This document shows positions 36,404 through 47,193 of a DNA stretch of 64,000 bases, in pieces. The notes beneath the pieces are model-generated. The model ran no database searches and had not been told where the DNA came from. It saw nothing but the letters and a program-made list of their open reading frames with translations. Position numbers and translations under genes: made by a program. The stretch spans positions 28,022-92,021 of the forward strand of contig CAZPQK010000009.1 of assembly GCA_964588695.1 (NCBI GenBank), in the 5' to 3' direction. Origin of the DNA: an uncultured bacterium (GTDB taxonomy: Bacteria > Krumholzibacteriota > Krumholzibacteriia > WVZY01 > JAKEHA01). How positions within the stretch are numbered: position 1 is the stretch's first letter; every line of letters begins with the position of its first letter.

Positions 36404-38299
36404 ATGAGAAAACTGACTAGGGAACTCCGGCGATCACTCGTATCGCTCGCCTTGCTGTGCCTGGCGGCTAACGGTTGCGACGATGCCAATGGGCCGACCG
36501 TTTCGGGCGGCGCGCTGTCTGGAAGTGGTTGCACGAACTACCGGCTGTACCTGCACACGACGGGTGTGCTGAGTCCGGGCGAGCGTGTGACCAGTGTGTT
36601 CGCCACTCCTCGTCAGATTATTTGTGGACTTGGGACCGACGGTGTCGCGCTGGTCAGTTGGTCCGACTCCTATCGCCCCGAAGTCGTTGGCACGCTGTCA
36701 TTGCCGGGTGAAGTTACCGATATCGGTCTGGTTTCCGGCGTGGTCGTAGCGACGCTAGGCAACCGCGGGCTAGCTGCAATCGACGTCACCAACCCGTCGA
36801 CGCCGCAACTGCTCACGGTTGTGTCGTCGGTCGGAGAAATGACAGCTCTGGCCGCGTCGGGTCGTGTGGTCTGGGTGGTTGATGACGGTGTCGGGATTCG
36901 CGGCTTTTCGTGGGTCGACGGCGATTTTGTTGCGTTGGGATCGGACAATACGCCCGGAAGCCCCGTGGACATTGCGCGGTGGCGCGACCGCCTTTACGTT
37001 GCCGACGCCAATCACGGTTTGCGTACGCTTTCGGTTTCCGACCCCTGGCAGCCGTTTGAACTGTCGCGCGTGCAAATGCCAATGTCGCCCACCGCGGTAA
37101 GCGTGTGGGGACCCACAGCGTACGTCGCGATGGGTGTTGGCGGCGTGCAGGTTGTCGATGTTTCGTCGGTCGGCAATGAATCGCTTGCCGCGACGCTAGC
37201 GACCGATGGAAGTTCGCTAGCGCTTACTGCATCGGCTGATCGCCTGGTAGTGGCCGATCGCACTCGCGGTGTCACCATCTACGACCGCCGGTCACGCCTC
37301 CATCCGGCTCGGTTATCGCGCATGGATACCGCCGACGAAGCCGTCGCGGTGGTTGTGTCTCGGGGACACGTGGTCGTTGCCGACGATGACGCTGGAGTAC
37401 GGCTGATCGACGCGCGCAACGCACAGCCGATACCAGTAACCGCGAGTGCGGAGCTGGGTGGAAACACCGTCGACGTGAGTGGGTACAATGGCCGCTGGTT
37501 TGCGGCTGATGCCAGCGGGGGAGTGTCGCTGATGACCATCACCGACAACGGTATTACTACGCTGCAAACCGTTAACGTTCCCGGCAGCGAACGCAGTCTG
37601 CATCGATTCGACAACGGCGTCCTGGTACGAACATCTGGTGGGGTCTATCCGGTAACTTTGTCGGGCGACACGCTTCGTGTGGAAGACGGCGTGCCGCAGT
37701 CGACACCCGCCTTGGGCGTCGCTGCTGACGGCGACATAGTTTACGCTGCCCTGGGTTCGGCCGGTTTTCTTACGCACGACGTATCATCCCAGGACGACCC
37801 CTACTTGCTGACATCGCCCGGAACCATTTTCTCGGCGGTCGCGTTAAGCGCAACACACGCGTTCGTCGCCAGCCGTAGTTCGCGAATTACCATCTACAGC
37901 CGCTTCGATCCGCGTCGGCCGGTCGCATTGAACGCAATTACCAATGGCGGGGCTGCTAACGATGCCGTCGTGCACGATGGCTATTTGCTGGTGGGTTTGC
38001 GTTCGGGGAATAGCGGGCTTGGGGTTGAGATTTTTGACATCGCCAATCCACTCATACCGGTGTTGGCGGGACGGATTCGAACCGCCGGACGAGTGGTTCG
38101 CCTGGCCGTGGATGGAGAGATGCTTTTTATTGCCGGGGATACCGGCGGGCTGGAGATCTTCGATTTGACCAATCCGCTGTTGCCGGTTGCGGTGGGCGCA
38201 CGTCCCAGTGAGAGTGTACAGGGGGTCGCGGTCGTCGGCGACGGAGTCGTGGTGGCAGAGCCGGCCGGCGTGCTGCTGCTACGCCCGCCATGCCGTTAG
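36404..38299 (+). CDS. LVIVD-repeat beta-propeller lipoprotein
   Basis: Lipobox ANGC; repeated units LAAIDVTNPSTP, LYVAD, VEIFDIANP and LEIFDLTNP. Confidence 0.8.
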   Translation: MRKLTRELRRSLVSLALLCLAANGCDDANGPTVSGGALSGSGCTNYRLYLHTTGVLSPGERVTSVFATPRQIICGLGTDGVALVSWSDSYRPEVVGTLSLPGEVTDIGLVSGVVVATLGNRGLAAIDVTNPSTPQLLTVVSSVGEMTALAASGRVVWVVDDGVGIRGFSWVDGDFVALGSDNTPGSPVDIARWRDRLYVADANHGLRTLSVSDPWQPFELSRVQMPMSPTAVSVWGPTAYVAMGVGGVQVVDVSSVGNESLAATLATDGSSLALTASADRLVVADRTRGVTIYDRRSRLHPARLSRMDTADEAVAVVVSRGHVVVADDDAGVRLIDARNAQPIPVTASAELGGNTVDVSGYNGRWFAADASGGVSLMTITDNGITTLQTVNVPGSERSLHRFDNGVLVRTSGGVYPVTLSGDTLRVEDGVPQSTPALGVAADGDIVYAALGSAGFLTHDVSSQDDPYLLTSPGTIFSAVALSATHAFVASRSSRITIYSRFDPRRPVALNAITNGGAANDAVVHDGYLLVGLRSGNSGLGVEIFDIANPLIPVLAGRIRTAGRVVRLAVDGEMLFIAGDTGGLEIFDLTNPLLPVAVGARPSESVQGVAVVGDGVVVAEPAGVLLLRPPCR

Positions 38300-38310
38300 C
38301 CGTTCGGGGC

Positions 38311-38781
38311 TCAAGCCGTGTCGGATACGATTGGCGCTTCGCGACGGCCCAGCTTGCGACACAATTGGTAGAGCGTTTCCAACTCGGCGTCGTCAAGATG
38401 ATCGGTGCCGGCAACCAGTTCGCGGAGAACTTCGGGGAATGCTTTTTTGATTACCCTGCGACCGGCCGCAGTTAGACTGACCGTGATGCAACGGCGATCG
38501 CTGGACGATCGTTTGCGCGTTACCAGTCCGCGTCGTTCGAGGTTGTCGACCACCATCGTCATGTTGCCGTTGGTTTTTAGTAACTTGGTACCCAACTCTC
38601 GTTGATTCATCGGGCCCAGGTGAAACAGCGTTTCCAGCGCACCAAACTGGCTCGGCGAGAGTTTCGGAGCCGCCAACGCCCGATTTACGTCGGCGAAGAT
38701 GGTATTGCTGGCGCGCGCGAGGGTGATAAACATGTTGAGCACTTGCATCTCGCGCAGCGTACCCGTGTATTTAGTCGGCAT
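38311..38781 (-). CDS. MarR family transcriptional regulator
   Basis: Motifs LSPSQFGALETL, GNMTMVVDNLERRGLV and DRR...LTAAG. Confidence 0.92.
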   Translation of the reverse strand: MPTKYTGTLREMQVLNMFITLARASNTIFADVNRALAAPKLSPSQFGALETLFHLGPMNQRELGTKLLKTNGNMTMVVDNLERRGLVTRKRSSSDRRCITVSLTAAGRRVIKKAFPEVLRELVAGTDHLDDAELETLYQLCRKLGRREAPIVSDTA

Positions 38782-38798
38782 GCTGCCCTCCTTATTCG

Positions 38799-38836
38799 TT
38801 CAATATTAAAATAATTCGAACTTAGAGGAGTGTCAA
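38799..38836 (-). promoter_or_regulatory. Sigma70 promoter of marR with overlapping palindrome (candidate auto-operator)
   Basis: TTGACA-N17-TATTTT on the minus strand; near-palindrome TTCAATATTAAA at 38799-38810. Confidence 0.55.
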
Positions 38837-38928
38837 AGCTCGCGCGACGGTTGGGCAGGCTTTTCCGCGCCAGCCAATCATGCTAAAGTAGAACAGGTGA
38901 CGGGTGCTCCCCGCGATCAGTTAACATT

Positions 38929-39429
38929 ATGTCACTTAAGATCTTAGCGATTTCGGTGCTGCTCCTAATGCACGCCGCGGGTACCGGCGGAGACCGGGAC
39001 CACCGCCTGGCCGGCGAAGAACTGGTCTATGGGTTCGAATTAGACGGTCAAGCCTACGCGATCAGGGCCGATGCCATACGAGGCGGTCTCGCCATCGGGA
39101 GGTTTTTCTTCTACCGTGCGCCAGGCACCGCTGCGGACGTGTCGGAAGGCTACTACGCCGTCATGGCGCCGCGGGAAAGCGAGGGAGCCTGGATCGTCCG
39201 GGAGAAGGACGCGTGGTTTCACCGCACCACGGGACAAACGTTCTCCCCCGGCGTAGGCTTTAGCGAGTTCACGCCGCCGGAAAACGTTCGCATTGGTAAC
39301 GTCGTACCGCGGCCCTTAACAGGAGCCGACAGGTTGTGGTCGCAGTGGTCGCAACAACACGAGAACATAATTCTATTGGACGAAAGTACGCCGTCGGATG
39401 ACGGCAAAGACAAGTTGGAGGAAGATTGA
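38929..39429 (+). CDS. Hypothetical exported protein (weak DUF3179-like motifs)
   Basis: Signal-like N-terminus; segments [13 protein letters not shown] and [10 protein letters not shown]; stop overlaps the acnA start. Confidence 0.55.
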   Translation: MSLKILAISVLLLMHAAGTGGDRDHRLAGEELVYGFELDGQAYAIRADAIRGGLAIGRFFFYRAPGTAADVSEGYYAVMAPRESEGAWIVREKDAWFHRTTGQTFSPGVGFSEFTPPENVRIGNVVPRPLTGADRLWSQWSQQHENIILLDESTPSDDGKDKLEED

Positions 39430-42083
39430 AATACGACCCCGCAAACTATCGGCGCGAACTGGGTTCCGCTGCTTTGTACCACCTGCCGTCGGTAGGTGAC
39501 ACCCAGAAATTACCGTACTCGATTCGGGTTCTGCTGGAGAGCGCCGTGCGCAACAACGACGGTTTTCGGGTGACCGACGACGACGTGGACAAGCTACTCA
39601 AGTGGAGCCCAAAGTCAGCCGGCACAACCGAAATTGCGTTCAAGCCAGCGCGGGTCATCCTTCAGGATTTTACCGGTGTGCCCGCCATTGTTGATCTGGC
39701 GGCAATGCGCGCCGCAATGCACCGGATGGGGAAAGATCACAACAAGATTAACCCGCAAGTACCTTGCGATTTGGTGGTGGACCATTCCGTGCAAGTTGAC
39801 GCGTTTGGTTCTGCCAACGCGCTTAAGGTTAACGTTGATCGTGAGTTCGAACGTAACCGCGAACGCTACGAGTTTTTAAAGTGGGGTCAGACGGCCTTTG
39901 ATAACTTTCGGGTGGTGCCACCCGCGACTGGGATCGTTCATCAGGTTAACCTCGAGTACCTGGCGCGGGGCGTGTTCGAAACCAACGGGGTGCTTTATCC
40001 CGACAGTCTGGTCGGCACTGACAGTCACACGACCATGATCAACGGTCTGGGAGTCGTCGGGTGGGGCGTTGGCGGCATCGAAGCCGAAGCGGTGATGTTG
40101 GGCGAGCCCATTTATATGGTTATGCCGCATGTTGTCGGCTTTAAGTTTCACGGCAAGCTTCGTGAGGGGATTACTGCAACCGACCTGGTGTTGACGGTGA
40201 CGGAGATCCTTCGGGCGAAAGGCGTCGTCGGCAAGTTTGTGGAGTACTTTGGTCAGGGCCTGGCGTCGATGAGCCTTCCCGATCGAGCGACGTTGGCCAA
40301 CATGTCGCCGGAGTACGGCGCGACCATGGGATTCTTTCCGGTCGATGCAGAGACGCTTCGCTACTATCGGTTGACCGGTCGCGACGACCAGCTTGTCGAT
40401 ACAGTTGAAGCCTACATGAAGGAACAGGACATGTTCTTTAGCCCGGACGCGCCGGAGCCGACGTATTCCGATGTGGTGGAACTGAATCTTGGCGATGTCG
40501 AACCCAGCCTGGCAGGGCCGCGTCGCCCCCAGGACCGTATTGCCATGCGCGACATGAAGCGTTCGTTCCAGGAACACATGAGCAAGCCTGTTGGCGACGG
40601 CGGCTTTGGAGTCGCGGCGGCAAAAGGCGACACGGCAGTGGCGTTGGCCGACACCGAACTCACCCATGGCGATATCGTAATTGCCGCAATTACCAGTTGC
40701 ACCAACACGTCGAATCCGTCGGTGATGGTTGCTGCCGGCCTGGTTGCCAAGAAGGCCGTCGAACGCGGGTTGCAGGTGAAGCCGTTCGTAAAGACCAGCC
40801 TGGCGCCGGGGTCGCCGGTGGTGACCGAGTATCTGGATGAATCCGGTCTGCAGACCTACCTCGACCAGCTCGGCTTTCAAACTGTCGGTTACGGATGCAC
40901 AACGTGTATCGGTAACAGTGGACCGCTGCCGGAAGAAGTTGCGGCGGCGATTCAAGAGGGCGAGCTAGTCGCCACCAGCGTACTTAGCGGTAACCGTAAC
41001 TTCGAAGGCCGAGTGCATCCTCTAACCCGCGGTAACTACCTGGCCAGCCCCCCGCTTGTTGTCGCCTACGCGCTTGCGGGCACGATGAACATCGACCTGG
41101 CCAACGACGCCATCGGTACCGACTCCAATGGAAACGATGTTTTTCTAAAAGACATTTGGCCCAGTAACCGCGAGGTTGCTGACGTGGTCGCGCAGGTGAT
41201 TAAGGCATCTGCGTTTACCAAGCGTTACGCCGATGTGTTTAAAGGCAACGACCGCTGGAACGAAATCGACGCAGGCGGGTCGGAACTCTATCAGTGGCAC
41301 GACGACAGTACCTACGTGCGCGAACCATCGTTCTTTGCCGGAACCGAAGGGGATCCTGCCCCCATCGAGCCGTTCGGCGGCGCACGTTGTCTGGCACTTT
41401 TGGGTAAGTCGGTAACCACCGATCACATCTCGCCCGCGGGTGCGATCGCGCAGAATAGCGATGCGGGCGAATACCTAAAACTGCATGGAGTAGAACCGCG
41501 CGATTTCAACAGTTACGGCTCGCGGCGTGGAAATCACGAAGTCATGATGCGCGGTACCTTTGGAAATATCCGGTTGCGCAACCAACTGGTTCCGGGTTCG
41601 GAAGGTTCGTGGACGATGTACTTTCCTGACAGCAAGGAGATGACCATCTATCAGGCGAGTCTCAAGTATCAGGCCAGCAACACTCCGTTGATCGTTCTGG
41701 CGGGGGCCGAGTACGGTACCGGGTCGAGCCGCGACTGGGCTGCCAAGGGAACCAAGCTGCTGGGAATTCGCGCGGTTATCGCCGAAAGTTACGAACGTAT
41801 CCACCGCAGCAACCTGGTGGGTATGGGTGTGTTGCCGCTTCAGTTTAAGGAAGGCGACACGGCCGAAAGCTTAGGCTTGACCGGCGAAGAGACCTTCGAC
41901 TTTTCCGGATACGGCGATGATCTGTCGCCCGGGCAGGACATCGATGTGACCGCAACCTCTGTCGATGGGAAAGTTAAGTCGTTTAAGGTTCGGGTTCGAA
42001 TCGACACGCCGGTCGAGGTTGAGTACTACCGCCAGGGCGGAATCCTCAACGCGGTGCTCCGGCGACTGGCTTCCGAACAATAA
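39426..42083 (+). CDS. acnA: Aconitate hydratase A
   Basis: Motifs [53 protein letters not shown] and [10 protein letters not shown]. Confidence 0.97.
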   Translation: MKYDPANYRRELGSAALYHLPSVGDTQKLPYSIRVLLESAVRNNDGFRVTDDDVDKLLKWSPKSAGTTEIAFKPARVILQDFTGVPAIVDLAAMRAAMHRMGKDHNKINPQVPCDLVVDHSVQVDAFGSANALKVNVDREFERNRERYEFLKWGQTAFDNFRVVPPATGIVHQVNLEYLARGVFETNGVLYPDSLVGTDSHTTMINGLGVVGWGVGGIEAEAVMLGEPIYMVMPHVVGFKFHGKLREGITATDLVLTVTEILRAKGVVGKFVEYFGQGLASMSLPDRATLANMSPEYGATMGFFPVDAETLRYYRLTGRDDQLVDTVEAYMKEQDMFFSPDAPEPTYSDVVELNLGDVEPSLAGPRRPQDRIAMRDMKRSFQEHMSKPVGDGGFGVAAAKGDTAVALADTELTHGDIVIAAITSCTNTSNPSVMVAAGLVAKKAVERGLQVKPFVKTSLAPGSPVVTEYLDESGLQTYLDQLGFQTVGYGCTTCIGNSGPLPEEVAAAIQEGELVATSVLSGNRNFEGRVHPLTRGNYLASPPLVVAYALAGTMNIDLANDAIGTDSNGNDVFLKDIWPSNREVADVVAQVIKASAFTKRYADVFKGNDRWNEIDAGGSELYQWHDDSTYVREPSFFAGTEGDPAPIEPFGGARCLALLGKSVTTDHISPAGAIAQNSDAGEYLKLHGVEPRDFNSYGSRRGNHEVMMRGTFGNIRLRNQLVPGSEGSWTMYFPDSKEMTIYQASLKYQASNTPLIVLAGAEYGTGSSRDWAAKGTKLLGIRAVIAESYERIHRSNLVGMGVLPLQFKEGDTAESLGLTGEETFDFSGYGDDLSPGQDIDVTATSVDGKVKSFKVRVRIDTPVEVEYYRQGGILNAVLRRLASEQ

Positions 42084-42115
42084 CGCGTCTCACTGGCCAG
42101 TGCGTGTATGAGGCT

Positions 42116-42145
42116 AAGGCCCTACCCAAGCGGGTAGGGCCTTTT
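42116..42145. terminator. Intrinsic terminator after acnA (possibly bidirectional)
   Basis: AAGGCCCTACCC-AAGC-GGGTAGGGCCTT-TT. Confidence 0.8.
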
Positions 42146-42181
42146 CACTTTTCTCGCGGGCCTCACGGTTGCGGAATCTGG

Positions 42182-42823
42182 CTAGTCTTGCCTGAGTACT
42201 TTGGGTGAGAACGCCTGATACAGACATTGGTAAAGAATACCGGGCAGGCGAGGCACCACGCAGGGCAACACACACCAGAACACCTGCGACGAATAGCACG
42301 TCTGCGCGCAATCAATGAACGTCTCGCCGAGGTTGTCGTAAACACAGGTAAAGAACACATCCCACTGCGTTTCGCTAAACCTTGCCGACTGCGACAGCAA
42401 GTGGCTGGCAGGTTCAACAATTACCGGTGTCCCGACCACTCCCGCGATGTCGCGGGAGATCCGGTATGCCGCCATTTGGCGACGACGGCTCTGTTGGTGC
42501 AATACCAACACCATGTCGTCGACGCCGACAAAGGTTTGAAGCGTTAGGTCACCGTGGTTCAGTGGCGCGACGAGCGAGTGCTCGGGCGCTAGCACGTACC
42601 CCTGGTCGGCCAGTGCTGCCGCAACGCCAGCTGCTTCGGCCGTCGACGCTGTGGTACGTCGAACCCATTCATGCTCACCTGTAAAGACCTTGGGCAATCC
42701 CCCCAGGCTAAGCGTATCGACCGTAGCCGGAGGCGGGCCGGTGGAGATTTCCGGCAACTGCTCCTGGCCACACCCAACCAACATGACAACTGCCGCGACG
42801 GCGGCCCATTTGAACTTCCTCAT
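42182..42823 (-). CDS. Hypothetical lipoprotein with C-terminal six-Cys domain
   Basis: Lipobox LVGC; C-terminal C-x11-C-x3-C-x7-C-x3-C-x11-C; GGAGGA RBS. Confidence 0.7.
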   Translation of the reverse strand: MRKFKWAAVAAVVMLVGCGQEQLPEISTGPPPATVDTLSLGGLPKVFTGEHEWVRRTTASTAEAAGVAAALADQGYVLAPEHSLVAPLNHGDLTLQTFVGVDDMVLVLHQQSRRRQMAAYRISRDIAGVVGTPVIVEPASHLLSQSARFSETQWDVFFTCVYDNLGETFIDCAQTCYSSQVFWCVLPCVVPRLPGILYQCLYQAFSPKVLRQD

Positions 42824-43035
42824 CTTCTTCCTCCCATCTGGCGCAGCAGCGAAGGGACAAGTCGGGGGAGCAAACCGCGAACCACGTTCGGTGTGGCGTA
42901 AGCCGTTTAGAGAGCGTGGGTTTTGCTAGTCGCTGGATCGGCGCTGCGACGGAATTTTTTTGCCGCGGTGGTTGAGCAGCTTCCAGGTACGAAACTGGTA
43001 GGCGTTGGGTGAAAGGGCAGGTCAGATGTGAGGTG

Positions 43036-43470
43036 TCAGGATTTCAACACGCGTGGGATCGCGTCCATGGCCAGAAGGTAGCCATCGGCTCCGAATCCGC
43101 AAACAAGGCCGCGCGCCGCAGTCGCAGTGACCGAACGGGCGCGCTCGCGACCGCGGGCGTGAATGTTACTCAAGTGGACTTCGATGACCGGGGCCGAGAT
43201 GGCGCGGATAGCATCTGCAATGGCAAGACTGGTATGGGTGTACGCGCCGGGGTTGATGACGATCGCGGCGCAGTCGCGGTCGGCCTGTTGCAGCTCATTG
43301 ACGATCTCGCCTTCGACGTTAGACTGTGCGAAAGACGGGTCGATGCCTAGTTGCTTGGCATGGTCGGCGACCCGTCGGTTGATTTCATCGAGGGTTTCGT
43401 GGCCGTAGATTTCTGGTTCCCGGGTACCCAAGAGGTTCAAGTTCGGACCGTTGATGACGTGCACTTTCAT
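43036..43470 (-). CDS. aroQ: Type II 3-dehydroquinate dehydratase
   Basis: Motifs INGPNLNLLGTREPEIYG, NPGAYTHTS and EVHLSNIHAR. Confidence 0.96.
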   Translation of the reverse strand: MKVHVINGPNLNLLGTREPEIYGHETLDEINRRVADHAKQLGIDPSFAQSNVEGEIVNELQQADRDCAAIVINPGAYTHTSLAIADAIRAISAPVIEVHLSNIHARGRERARSVTATAARGLVCGFGADGYLLAMDAIPRVLKS

Positions 43471-45146
43471 TGGGTCGTTCCTCCTTCGATCACGGCAACG
43501 ACATCGTCGATAGTGATGTCGTCCACAACGATGACCTTTCCCACATCACGCGGGATAATGTAGCGAAGCCGCCCGTTTTGATGCTTTTTGTCGAGTCGCA
43601 TGGCCGCGCGAACCGCTTCGGTGTCTACGCCCTGGACGCTTGTTGGCAAGCCGCACCAGCGCAGCACGCGATCCACGCGGTGCGCGAGGAAAGGGTCGGC
43701 CTGGCCTTTGGCTGCGGCAATCTGCGCCGCCGCCACCAGTCCGATCGATACGGCCGCGCCATGCGGCATGTGCCGATGCCCTGCGGCAATTTCCAAAGCG
43801 TGTCCCAACGTGTGCCCCAGGTTGAGCAAACGTCGCGGGCCGGTCTCGTACGGGTCGGCCTGTACAATGCCGGCCTTTACCCGAGCACATTCAAAAACAC
43901 AACGCTCCAGCACGTCGGCGCGTCGAAGCACAGAAACGTCTTCACTTTCGGCCAACGCTTCCAACATTACAAAAAGGTCAGGCGCGTCGATAACGGCCGT
44001 TTTAATGACTTCGGCCATACCGTTGGCCAGTTCGCGGTCGGGCAGTGTATCCAGAAACTCGACATCCGCGATGGTCACCAGGGGCTGGTAAATCGCGCCA
44101 ATAAGATTCTTGGCTTCGCGGTGGTTTACGCCAGTCTTGCCGCCAATGCTGGCGTCGACCTGGGCCAGGAGCGTGGTGGGAATTTGTACCAGCGGCATGC
44201 CTCGCATGTAGCTGGCTGCTGCGAAGCCGGCGAGGTCGCCGGTGACGCCGCCGCCGACGGCCAGCAGCGCGGTTCCGCGGTCGGCGCGAAGACGAACGAG
44301 TTCATCCAGAAGGCCGGAGTACGCTTGTAGTTTCTTGTTTTCGTCGCCATCGCGGATTGGAATAACGTCATGACCGATGCCGGATTCCTCCAACACGGTC
44401 GTCACTCGTTTTCCAACGACATCGGTGAGTTGTTCGGGAACCACGGCGATGCAGCGCCCGGTTAGACCGACTTCGCGAAGGAGTTGCGCCAGATTCTTGA
44501 TAATGCCGCTGCCAACGTGGATGAAAGAGCCGCCGCCGTTAACTTCCACGCGCGGACGCGAGTGCGGCAACGCGAAGTGACGCATGTCGACCTTCAGCGG
44601 TAGCGTGTGCGCGTCCAGGGTTAGCCACTCCAGGATCGTGTCGGCAACTTCTTGCGGAGTATGCCGACTGGTGTCGATACTAAGTCGAATCGGCTTGTAG
44701 CCCGGCGCGCGCGATGCCATGAGGTCGCCAATGCGCCGCGCGGTCGCGTTAGGATCGGCGGGGTCGATATCGCTAAGGAGCGGCCGGTCGGGGTCGCCCG
44801 CCACTCGCGCCGCAATCTCTTCGGCGTTGGCGGTAAGCAGGAAGACGCGTTGGTGGTAAACCAACTCGGCCGTCTCTGGATTCATTAGCGCGCCGCCGCC
44901 AAGCGCAACCACCGACGGACTACTTACATAATCGGCAATCGCGGCGCGTTCATGGGCTCGAAACGCAATCTCGCCTTCGGTCGCAAAAATTTCGGCAACC
45001 GACATTCCGACGCGTGCTTCAATTATTTCGTCGGTGTCAAAGAAAGGTCGGCCCAATCGCTCGGCGACCAGGCGTCCCACTTCGGTTTTTCCGGTACCCA
45101 TGAACCCGGCCAGTAGAATGGGTTGCTGCGAATTGAGTCGTTTCAC
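43467..45146 (-). CDS. aroKB: Bifunctional shikimate kinase / 3-dehydroquinate synthase (AroK-AroB fusion)
   Basis: N-terminal GFMGTGKT and ALGGG; C-terminal GGGVTGDLAGF, PTTLLAQVDASIGGKT and LNLGHTLGHALE. Confidence 0.93.
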   Translation of the reverse strand: MKRLNSQQPILLAGFMGTGKTEVGRLVAERLGRPFFDTDEIIEARVGMSVAEIFATEGEIAFRAHERAAIADYVSSPSVVALGGGALMNPETAELVYHQRVFLLTANAEEIAARVAGDPDRPLLSDIDPADPNATARRIGDLMASRAPGYKPIRLSIDTSRHTPQEVADTILEWLTLDAHTLPLKVDMRHFALPHSRPRVEVNGGGSFIHVGSGIIKNLAQLLREVGLTGRCIAVVPEQLTDVVGKRVTTVLEESGIGHDVIPIRDGDENKKLQAYSGLLDELVRLRADRGTALLAVGGGVTGDLAGFAAASYMRGMPLVQIPTTLLAQVDASIGGKTGVNHREAKNLIGAIYQPLVTIADVEFLDTLPDRELANGMAEVIKTAVIDAPDLFVMLEALAESEDVSVLRRADVLERCVFECARVKAGIVQADPYETGPRRLLNLGHTLGHALEIAAGHRHMPHGAAVSIGLVAAAQIAAAKGQADPFLAHRVDRVLRWCGLPTSVQGVDTEAVRAAMRLDKKHQNGRLRYIIPRDVGKVIVVDDITIDDVVAVIEGGTTQ

Positions 45147-46285
45147 TTTGCGAACCTCTGGTCGATACGACTGCGGTAGTGTGTCAACGCGGCTTTGGTG
45201 TCATCAATGTGGTCGCCGCCAAACTTCTCAAACAGGGCGCGACAAAGTTCCCACGCGACAACGTTCTCGGCGATTACCGAGAGCGCTGGAATCACACACA
45301 CGTCGGAGCGGACGTAAGGGCTGTCGGTAGCCCGCAAGTTGCGTAGATTGAATGTACGCGCCCTTCGCTGTGCGGTTGGGATTGGTTTGGCAAATGCCCG
45401 GACCACAACGGGTTCGCCGTTCGTCATACTGCCTTCGAATCCGCCCGCATGGTTGCTCATCCGAACCACGTGACCGTCGCGAACTTCCATGGCGTCGTGT
45501 GCATCGACACCTTTGGCGCGCGCCGATTCAATACCGTCTCCAATTTCAACCGCCTTGACACTTTGAATGCTCATCATTGCCGCCGCGAGTTGCGCGTCCA
45601 ACTTGCGGTCCCATTCGACGTGCGATCCGAGGCCCGGTGGTACACCGGTTGCGATGACCTCTACGGCTCCGCCGATCGAATCGCCCGCTTCTTTGGCGGC
45701 TTTGATCGCGTCGATCATCGCGGCGGCGGCACTTTTGTCGGCGCAAAACACCGGCGACGTCTGAACCCGTTTACGCAACGTGTTGAGGTTACCCGGCTGG
45801 CGTGGCGCGTCGACGTCACCGATCGCCAGCACCCGTCCAATGGAATCGATTCCGAATTCTTTCAGCGCCAGCTTAGCTACTGCACCAATAGCAACTCGCA
45901 TTGTTGTGCTGCGCGCACTGGCTCGCTCGGAGACCGGAGGGATGTTCTTAAGCCCGTACTTGAGGACACCGGGGAGGTCGGCATGACCGGGACGAGGAAT
46001 AGTTCCCATAGCGCCGCCAGGCTTTCCTTGAACCACCCGTCCGCGGTTGGGGATTAGAATAGCGAGCGGCGCGCCAGTGGTACGATTATCCCACAGTCCG
46101 CTAATGACACTTACTTCGTCCTGCTCAATCATTTGGCGGCTGCTTCGCCCATAAGACTTGCGGCGTCGTTTGAGTTCGTGTTGTAGCGCGGCAATGGAAA
46201 CCCGCACGCCAGCGGGCATGCCTTCGATGATGCCGACCAGTGCTTCGCCGTGAGAATCACCCGCAGAGAGAAAACGCAAACCCAT
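45143..46285 (-). CDS. aroC: Chorismate synthase
   Basis: Motifs AGDSHG, PRPGHAD, ERASARST, KPIPT and RSDVC. Confidence 0.95.
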   Translation of the reverse strand: MGLRFLSAGDSHGEALVGIIEGMPAGVRVSIAALQHELKRRRKSYGRSSRQMIEQDEVSVISGLWDNRTTGAPLAILIPNRGRVVQGKPGGAMGTIPRPGHADLPGVLKYGLKNIPPVSERASARSTTMRVAIGAVAKLALKEFGIDSIGRVLAIGDVDAPRQPGNLNTLRKRVQTSPVFCADKSAAAAMIDAIKAAKEAGDSIGGAVEVIATGVPPGLGSHVEWDRKLDAQLAAAMMSIQSVKAVEIGDGIESARAKGVDAHDAMEVRDGHVVRMSNHAGGFEGSMTNGEPVVVRAFAKPIPTAQRRARTFNLRNLRATDSPYVRSDVCVIPALSVIAENVVAWELCRALFEKFGGDHIDDTKAALTHYRSRIDQRFAK

Positions 46286-47193
46286 TAGTTTACCTCTCTG
46301 CGCGATTGAACACCCGGTTGCGAAAACGATTCAACCGCCGCTGCCATGTCCTGTACGTCGAACACGCTTCCGGTCCACAACCGAAAGCTCTCCGAAGCCT
46401 GGGCGACCAGTAATGCAACACCGCCCAACGGTTGTGCGCCGTACTCGCGTGCGGTTTCCAAAAATCGGGTCTGCCGCGGGTAGTACACAAAGTCAAAATA
46501 CACCTGACCGGTTCGTATCCATGAAGGATCTTCCAGCAAAACGTCATGGTTGCCCGCCATGCCGACGGGCGTGGCGTTAATGACGACCTGCGAGTCGCGA
46601 ATGGCACTGCGCCGACGCGCCACGTCGAGTTCTGCGCGGGCGGATAACGAGATAGCCTCGACTGACTGCTCCGGAAACGTATAGGCCAGGCGGTCGATCA
46701 AGTCGCCGGCGTTTTTCATGTCGCGAATGCCAAATGTAACCCGCCGGGCGCCAGCGGCGAGCAGGCCGTAGCCTGCGGCGCGCGCGGCTCCGCCGCCGCC
46801 GAAGATAAACACTTCGTCGCCGCCATCGCGAATGCCGGTGAAAGTCTCAAGCGCGATCGCGGTTCCGGTGCAATCGGTGTTGTGGCCGATAATCTGGTCT
46901 TCGTCGACGACGACTGTGTTAACTGCACCAATGATCTCCGCTTCGGTGGAGACTTCTTCAACATGAAACAGGACTTCTTCTTTGTACGGAAACGTAACGT
47001 TGAATCCTTCGATACCTTGAGCGATAAGTCCACCAACCGAAGCGAAGAAAAGTTCCGGGCGAATGCCGAACGCGACGTAGGTTGCGTCGATATTGAATTC
47101 GGCGAATCCGCGGTTCATGATAAACGGCGACATGCTGTGCGACACCGGGTCGCCCACCAGGCCGTAAAGGCTAGTCTGTTCTGAAGGTGTCAT
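46285..47193 (-). CDS. aroE: Shikimate dehydrogenase
   Basis: Motifs GDPVSHSMSP, NVTFPYK, GAVNT, GHNTD, GGGGAARA and INATPVGM. Confidence 0.93.
   Translation of the reverse strand: MTPSEQTSLYGLVGDPVSHSMSPFIMNRGFAEFNIDATYVAFGIRPELFFASVGGLIAQGIEGFNVTFPYKEEVLFHVEEVSTEAEIIGAVNTVVVDEDQIIGHNTDCTGTAIALETFTGIRDGGDEVFIFGGGGAARAAGYGLLAAGARRVTFGIRDMKNAGDLIDRLAYTFPEQSVEAISLSARAELDVARRRSAIRDSQVVINATPVGMAGNHDVLLEDPSWIRTGQVYFDFVYYPRQTRFLETAREYGAQPLGGVALLVAQASESFRLWTGSVFDVQDMAAAVESFSQPGVQSRREVN

Noticed and set aside
43467-45146. AroK-AroB fusion as a novelty
   Set aside because: This fusion is already known from several bacterial lineages.
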